Assembly: GCA_965116885.1 (NCBI GenBank) | Contig: OZ220741.1 | Location: forward strand, 5,312,001-5,376,000 | Direction of reading: 5' to 3' | Length of the DNA: 64,000 bases | From: Candidatus Latescibacterota bacterium | Lineage (GTDB): Bacteria > Latescibacterota > UBA2968 | Shown: positions 59,205 to 64,000 of the stretch, in pieces | Layout: every line of letters begins with the position of its first letter | Numbering within the stretch: position 1 is the first letter of the stretch | Notes under the pieces: model-generated | Seen by the model: only the letters and a program-made list of their open reading frames with translations | The model's database searches: none | What the model was told of the DNA's origin: nothing | Translations under genes and position numbers: made by a program

Positions 59205-62200
59205 TCAGGGACGTTCAATACCCAATCTTTTCATTCGGCTGTACAGGGTAGAAGGCGGCAATTCCAGCCGCGCCGCCGCGCCTTTTGTTCCCTTTACCTT
59301 CCAATTGGTAATCTCGAGCACTTCGAGAATATAGAGACGTTCAAATTCTTCCATAGACACGATTTCGCGGTCTTGAAAATCCGATAAGGAGGTCCACGCC
59401 AGGTCGAGAGCCGCGCTTTTAATTCGCGAGCGGTACGACCCGAGATCCTCCAATGCAATTCGAGACCCATGGCACACAGTCACAGCTCGCTGTATGGTAT
59501 GCTCCAGTTCTCGCACATTCCCAGGCCAATCATAGGCTCGCAACACCTCGATAACCCCTGCCGTCAAGGGAGCTATATCCTTGCCTATATGCGCCGCCAT
59601 GCGATCCTTGAAAAACTCCGCCAGGAGTGGTATATCCTCTTTGCGATCGCGTAGAGGCGGCAAATACAGCGGAAAGCCATAGATGCGATAATAGAGGTCC
59701 TCGCGCAAAGCACCTGTGCTGGTCATCTCCTCCAGGTTGCGATTGGTCGATGCCACAATGCGCGTCTGCGCTTTTAGTGTCTCGCTACCCCCAACCCGCT
59801 CAAACGTGCCCTCTTCCAGCAAGCGCAATAGCCTGGCTTGCGTTTCCAGGGTCATATCCCCAATCTCATCCAAAAAGAGCGTGCCATCTTTGGCCAGTTC
59901 CACCTTGCCCAGCCTGCGAGAAACTGCGCTGGCAAAAGCCCCTTTTTCGTGACCAAAAAGTTCACTATCGATCAGCGTTTCAGGCAGTGCGCCACAGTTG
60001 ACCTGAATAAAAGGCCCATCGCTATGGGCACTTTGTCCGTGTAATACCCGCGCAGCCAATCCCTTACCCACCCCCGTCTCGCCCAGAATCAGCACAGTCA
60101 GATCAGTCGATGCCACCTCCATCAATCTGGTCTGAAACTGTTGCAAAGCCTCGCTCTGACCGATAAACTCATTGCCCTCCTGGCTGTTGAGAGCCGCAGT
60201 CAGAGCTTCAATACGCAAGTCCGGTTCTACTGAGATTTGAACCTGTGCCATCTCTGAGTAATTGAGATCGCGATCTACAGCCCTGACCTGAAAGGTGTAA
60301 TCGCCCGGTGGCAAATCCCGGTAATGCGCCCTCATTTCTCGGGTCGCTGGCTGCCAGTCGGGGTCGTGTCCCTGTAAACGGTAAACATACAGCATGTCGC
60401 TGGAACGAGTAGAAAAACTCAGGCCCTTGTACTCGAAAATCACATTCTGCTCTGTGGTAGATAGGATGCCTTCTTCTATGTTCTCATGGATTTTATCGGC
60501 AATCACTTGCAGCAGGCAAATCTGGGGCGGGGTTTTTTGTTGCCTATAGCGCACCAGAGAATTTTGGACTGTACCGAACCAAAAGGCGCCATCACGATCT
60601 TCGAGTATTTGAAGAACAGGTCCTATATGCGGTGAATTGATGGTCTGGAAAAGTTGACCATCGTAGTGAGCCACGCCCCCGTCTGTGCCAATCCAGATGT
60701 GGCCTCGCTGATCTTCTAACAAGCAGCGGATGCGGTTGCTCGGCAAACCGTCTTCAGTGGTGAAGGTGTGGAAGGTGCTACCATCAAAGCGACTGAGACC
60801 GCTTTGGGTAGCAACCCATACGTTCCCATGCAGGTCTTCCAGCAGGTCCTCGACTTTGTCATCTATCAGCCCATCTTCAATCCCATAAAATTTAAGCCCA
60901 TCTTCGGAATGCCAGCGCGCAAAACCCTTATCTTTGTCGAAAAAATTTGGGTAATCAATAAAAAAATAAAACTCGCCATTACGCCCGGCAATCACGGTGC
61001 CGATGCGGCCGAAAGGATCTCTCTGTACATTAACCTCAAGAATAGTTTGTAACTGATCGTCTCGCTGGTAAAAGAGCCTCAATGGGCTACCCCAAAAGTC
61101 TCTTTTTCTTGTTATTTTTTCGTTTCCCCAATCGCCAAAAAGAAATCTCCCTTGCGAATCCTGGGCAATTGCACAAATACCACTTTCGCCTAAACCTGCA
61201 GTTGTTTGCATTTTTTTGAGCTTCTCTCCATCATAGCGGAACAAGCCATTGCCACCTCCAAACCACAGGTCCCCGGCGGAGTCCGCGTAGATGGCGAAAC
61301 AGTTGTTGATATCAAAACCATCCTCAGTGCCTACGAATTCAAAGTGCTCGCCATCAAAGCGAAAAACGCTTTTCTCCACACGGTTGAGAAAGGGAGCCAT
61401 ATACCCGACCCATATATCTCCTCGCCTGTCTTGCACGATCTGTGAGATCTCAACCATATTGTTGTTTTCAAAAACTGCCGCATTGTGATCAAAAACACTG
61501 ATACTATGTGCATCGTAAAGCCCGACGCCCCCCCAGGTAGCAAACCAGAACTGATGCTCGCGGTCCTGCAACACAGCTTTGACTGCGGGATGGGGCAAGC
61601 CATCGGCAACGGTAAACCTGCTAAACCCATCTCCATCCTGATAGAATATTCCATCTGAAGTGCAAAACCACATCCGCCCTTCCCGATCGCACTGAATTTT
61701 GCGCAGGCTGTCACCCAAATCTACCCCAACAGATTGGAAGGTGCCATCGGCATAGTAACAGAGTTTATCCTGGTATCTGCGATGACCGATCCAAACACGG
61801 CCGGTAGAGTCCTGAGCCACAGCATAGGCCGTGTTGCCTTTCGGAAAACCATCTTTCTTCTCATAGCGATGAAAGGATGTGCCGTCGAAACGGATGAGGT
61901 AGTTAAATCCAAACCACATCTGACCTTGTGGATCCTGAGCAATACCCCGACACTGACTGGGCCAGAGAGGAGAAGGCGGCTCCTGATAATGCTGAAGGTA
62001 GATCGGAATTAAATCGCGGAACACAGTACCGTCGTAATATCCCAGAGTGCGGTGACCGCCACACCATATACGCCCCTCACTATCTTCGTAGATGAACTGC
62101 ACAGCACGCCCTGCGATCCCGTCGTCTTCCAAATGGTGGAAATCTGATCCATCATACCAGCAGACCCCATTTAATGTACCAAACCACAATCGCTTCTGAC

Positions 62201-62426
62201 TGTCCTCTAAAACAAAATAAACGCGGTCGCTAATCAGACCATCCCGTCGCGTAAAATTCTGAAACTCGTCCCCGTCGAAGCGACTAACACCGTTGTCCCA
62301 GGTGGCGAACCAGAGATAGCCTTTGCTATCCTCCGCAATGTGTTCAACGCGCATCCCAGCCAGGCCATCTGCCATAGAATAAGTTTGCCAGGTGCCCGTG
62401 CGGTCGAGTGTCTTGATCATTGTCAT
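59205..62426 (-). CDS. Reg_prop beta-propeller + Y_Y_Y sensor fused to a sigma54-type AAA+ activator and HTH
   Basis: Many EDSxGxLWF/DGL repeats; YVYRLQG..W...Y.DLPPGDYTFQV; GETGVGK, LFLDE, WPGNVREL, STLYSRMKRLGI. Confidence 0.9.
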   Translation of the reverse strand: MTMIKTLDRTGTWQTYSMADGLAGMRVEHIAEDSKGYLWFATWDNGVSRFDGDEFQNFTRRDGLISDRVYFVLEDSQKRLWFGTLNGVCWYDGSDFHHLEDDGIAGRAVQFIYEDSEGRIWCGGHRTLGYYDGTVFRDLIPIYLQHYQEPPSPLWPSQCRGIAQDPQGQMWFGFNYLIRFDGTSFHRYEKKDGFPKGNTAYAVAQDSTGRVWIGHRRYQDKLCYYADGTFQSVGVDLGDSLRKIQCDREGRMWFCTSDGIFYQDGDGFSRFTVADGLPHPAVKAVLQDREHQFWFATWGGVGLYDAHSISVFDHNAAVFENNNMVEISQIVQDRRGDIWVGYMAPFLNRVEKSVFRFDGEHFEFVGTEDGFDINNCFAIYADSAGDLWFGGGNGLFRYDGEKLKKMQTTAGLGESGICAIAQDSQGRFLFGDWGNEKITRKRDFWGSPLRLFYQRDDQLQTILEVNVQRDPFGRIGTVIAGRNGEFYFFIDYPNFFDKDKGFARWHSEDGLKFYGIEDGLIDDKVEDLLEDLHGNVWVATQSGLSRFDGSTFHTFTTEDGLPSNRIRCLLEDQRGHIWIGTDGGVAHYDGQLFQTINSPHIGPVLQILEDRDGAFWFGTVQNSLVRYRQQKTPPQICLLQVIADKIHENIEEGILSTTEQNVIFEYKGLSFSTRSSDMLYVYRLQGHDPDWQPATREMRAHYRDLPPGDYTFQVRAVDRDLNYSEMAQVQISVEPDLRIEALTAALNSQEGNEFIGQSEALQQFQTRLMEVASTDLTVLILGETGVGKGLAARVLHGQSAHSDGPFIQVNCGALPETLIDSELFGHEKGAFASAVSRRLGKVELAKDGTLFLDEIGDMTLETQARLLRLLEEGTFERVGGSETLKAQTRIVASTNRNLEEMTSTGALREDLYYRIYGFPLYLPPLRDRKEDIPLLAEFFKDRMAAHIGKDIAPLTAGVIEVLRAYDWPGNVRELEHTIQRAVTVCHGSRIALEDLGSYRSRIKSAALDLAWTSLSDFQDREIVSMEEFERLYILEVLEITNWKVKGTKGAAARLELPPSTLYSRMKRLGIERP

Positions 62427-63709
62427 ACCCCCTTTGCCACATCGGCAACCGCTTCAATCGTCGCATCGATCACATCATCTGTATGCGCTGTCGATAAAAA
62501 CCACGCGCCCCGCTCCAGTGCGCGCACGCCTTTGTAGTGGAGTACCTCTGTAAATTTGATATACCGCTCGCGATCTGCTTGAAGCGAACTCCGATAATCG
62601 ACAACCGGAGCATCGACGCCAAAGCCCACGTGAAAAATCTGCGGAAAACCCGCAATCCGCGCTTGAATATCGGCCTCTTTTAGCCCGCGCGCAATACCTT
62701 CCATAAGCCGATTGCCCCGCGCATTGAGCGCGTCAAACGTCTCTTCTTTACCCAACTCGGTCAGCGTAGCGATCACCGCGGCCATAGAAGCCGGTTGCGC
62801 ATTATAAGTGCCGCCGTGCATCACACCCGCGACGAGCATATCCATCAAATCGCCTCGCCCTGCCAAACACGAAACCGGAAACCCATTGGCTATCGCCTTG
62901 CCAAACGTCGCCAGATCAGGCGTCACTCCAAAGTATTGCTGCGCGCCGCCAGGTGCCACGCGAAACCCCGTAATCACTTCGTCAAAAATGAGCACCGTTC
63001 CCGTATCGGTACACACATCTCGAACACCTTCCAAATAGCCCTCAGCGGGAAAAATTGTGCTGGTATTGCACATCGCAGGCTCCATAATAACAGCTGCGAC
63101 ATCCCCGCGTTTCAGGCGCGCACTCAGAAGTTCCAGATTATTCCAGGGAAGCACCTCAGTATGCCGACCTGCCACCGGGTCTTGCCCTGCACTGGCTGGA
63201 ATGGGGATGGACGCATCAATCGGACCATACTGATCGGGCGAGGGTGCAATAGACCACAGCACATTGTCAAACCAGCCGTGATAATGTCCCTCAAATTTGA
63301 TCACTATTGACCGCTCCGTAGCCGCGCGTGCCAGGCGCAAAGCCGCTTGCACCACTTCGCTACCCGTGCAATTAAACCGCACCCGCTCCGCACACGGCAC
63401 CATATCGCAAACCATCCTGGCAGCCTCTTGCTCAATCGCTGTCTGCCCGGCAAAGAGAATGCCCGACTCGAGCTGTTTCCGAACAGCAGACAGCACGGGT
63501 TCTGGATTGTGCCCCAAAATCATCGGTCCCATGCCCAGATAATAATCAATCAAACGATTGCCGTCCACATCGTAGAGATACGGCCCTTCGCCCCGTTCAA
63601 AAACCAGAGGCGAGGGAACCATCCCCAGTCGAAAATTGCTGTTCACACCGCCCGGCAAATAGCGCGAGGCTTCGGCGATCAAACGCCTGGATTTTTCAAA
63701 AGACTTCAT
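62423..63709 (-). CDS. Class III aminotransferase, glutamate-1-semialdehyde aminomutase-like
   Basis: PGGVNS, DVDGN, FEGHYHG, FDEVITGFR, TFGKAIANG, GTYN. Confidence 0.88.
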   Translation of the reverse strand: MKSFEKSRRLIAEASRYLPGGVNSNFRLGMVPSPLVFERGEGPYLYDVDGNRLIDYYLGMGPMILGHNPEPVLSAVRKQLESGILFAGQTAIEQEAARMVCDMVPCAERVRFNCTGSEVVQAALRLARAATERSIVIKFEGHYHGWFDNVLWSIAPSPDQYGPIDASIPIPASAGQDPVAGRHTEVLPWNNLELLSARLKRGDVAAVIMEPAMCNTSTIFPAEGYLEGVRDVCTDTGTVLIFDEVITGFRVAPGGAQQYFGVTPDLATFGKAIANGFPVSCLAGRGDLMDMLVAGVMHGGTYNAQPASMAAVIATLTELGKEETFDALNARGNRLMEGIARGLKEADIQARIAGFPQIFHVGFGVDAPVVDYRSSLQADRERYIKFTEVLHYKGVRALERGAWFLSTAHTDDVIDATIEAVADVAKGV

Positions 63710-63734
63710 GTAATCCCCGAATTTTTATAGCGAT

Positions 63735-63818
63735 CTGTTTATCCTATTCATCCTTTTATCCTGTACAGCCTGATCCGCTTTCATCCTGTTCATCTTTCAA
63801 TCCTGAAAATCCCGATCC
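63735..63818. repeat. Degenerate ATCCT-core 8-9 nt tandem repeats
   Basis: atcctattc atcctttt atcctgtac ... atcctgttc atctttca atcctgaaa atcccg. Confidence 0.65.
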
Positions 63819-64000
63819 GAGTTCCATAAATCGCACACGCGAGGAAACATCTTCGAGAAGGGCGCGGTTGGTGGCGATGAGATCGGCGACAATACCGGTG
63901 AGAAACATCTGAAATCCAGCGAGCAGGAGGATAGCGGCGAGGATAAGCGATTGAATGTGAAGCTCGCCTTCGTCAGTAAAAAAGAAAAAATAGAGAAACC
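63756..64000 (-). CDS. 3' end of a glycosyltransferase family 2-like membrane protein (partial)
   Basis: [48 protein letters not shown]...; stop at 63756. Confidence 0.7.
   Translation of the reverse strand, partial: [80 protein letters not shown]

Noticed and set aside
62423..63709. Naming this gene hemL
   Set aside because: No tetrapyrrole context and GSA-like paralogues are common, so left at family level

Overview
Bacterial chromosomal window, probably from a diderm (TonB receptor, lipoproteins). The many sulfatase, heparinase, UxuA-like and PhyH genes and a dockerin-like surface protein resemble Latescibacterota-type or sponge-associated genomes; this is an inference. Housekeeping and metabolic genes include polA, an internally deleted trpS, frdABCD, a tandem glnK-amtB duplication with one frameshifted glnK, a hisN-like gene and several glycan-catabolism genes. 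The main feature is an AT-rich ~8.2 kb defence island (27.4-35.6 kb). It holds an ABC-type ATPase + PIN pair and a two-gene putative restriction endonuclease whose second gene fuses a 2x[4Fe-4S] ferredoxin-type domain to a PD-(D/E)xK nuclease. Facing these is one apparent operon in which a CBASS module (CD-NTase + S-4TM effector) runs directly into two amino-DNA methyltransferases. Other notable items: two Trp-codon attenuators in series upstream of trpS; an orphan promoter-to-terminator unit at 43.95-44.33 kb (candidate structured RNA or micropeptide gene); a triple-Rid-domain protein; a plant-type galacturonokinase module; a Tat signal remnant fused in frame to a DUF1961 gene; and a soluble beta-propeller/sigma54-type activator with a degenerate GAFTGA loop. 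No CRISPR array, rRNA, tRNA, transposase or integrase was recognised. All family calls come from motif recognition by eye; no database searches were run.
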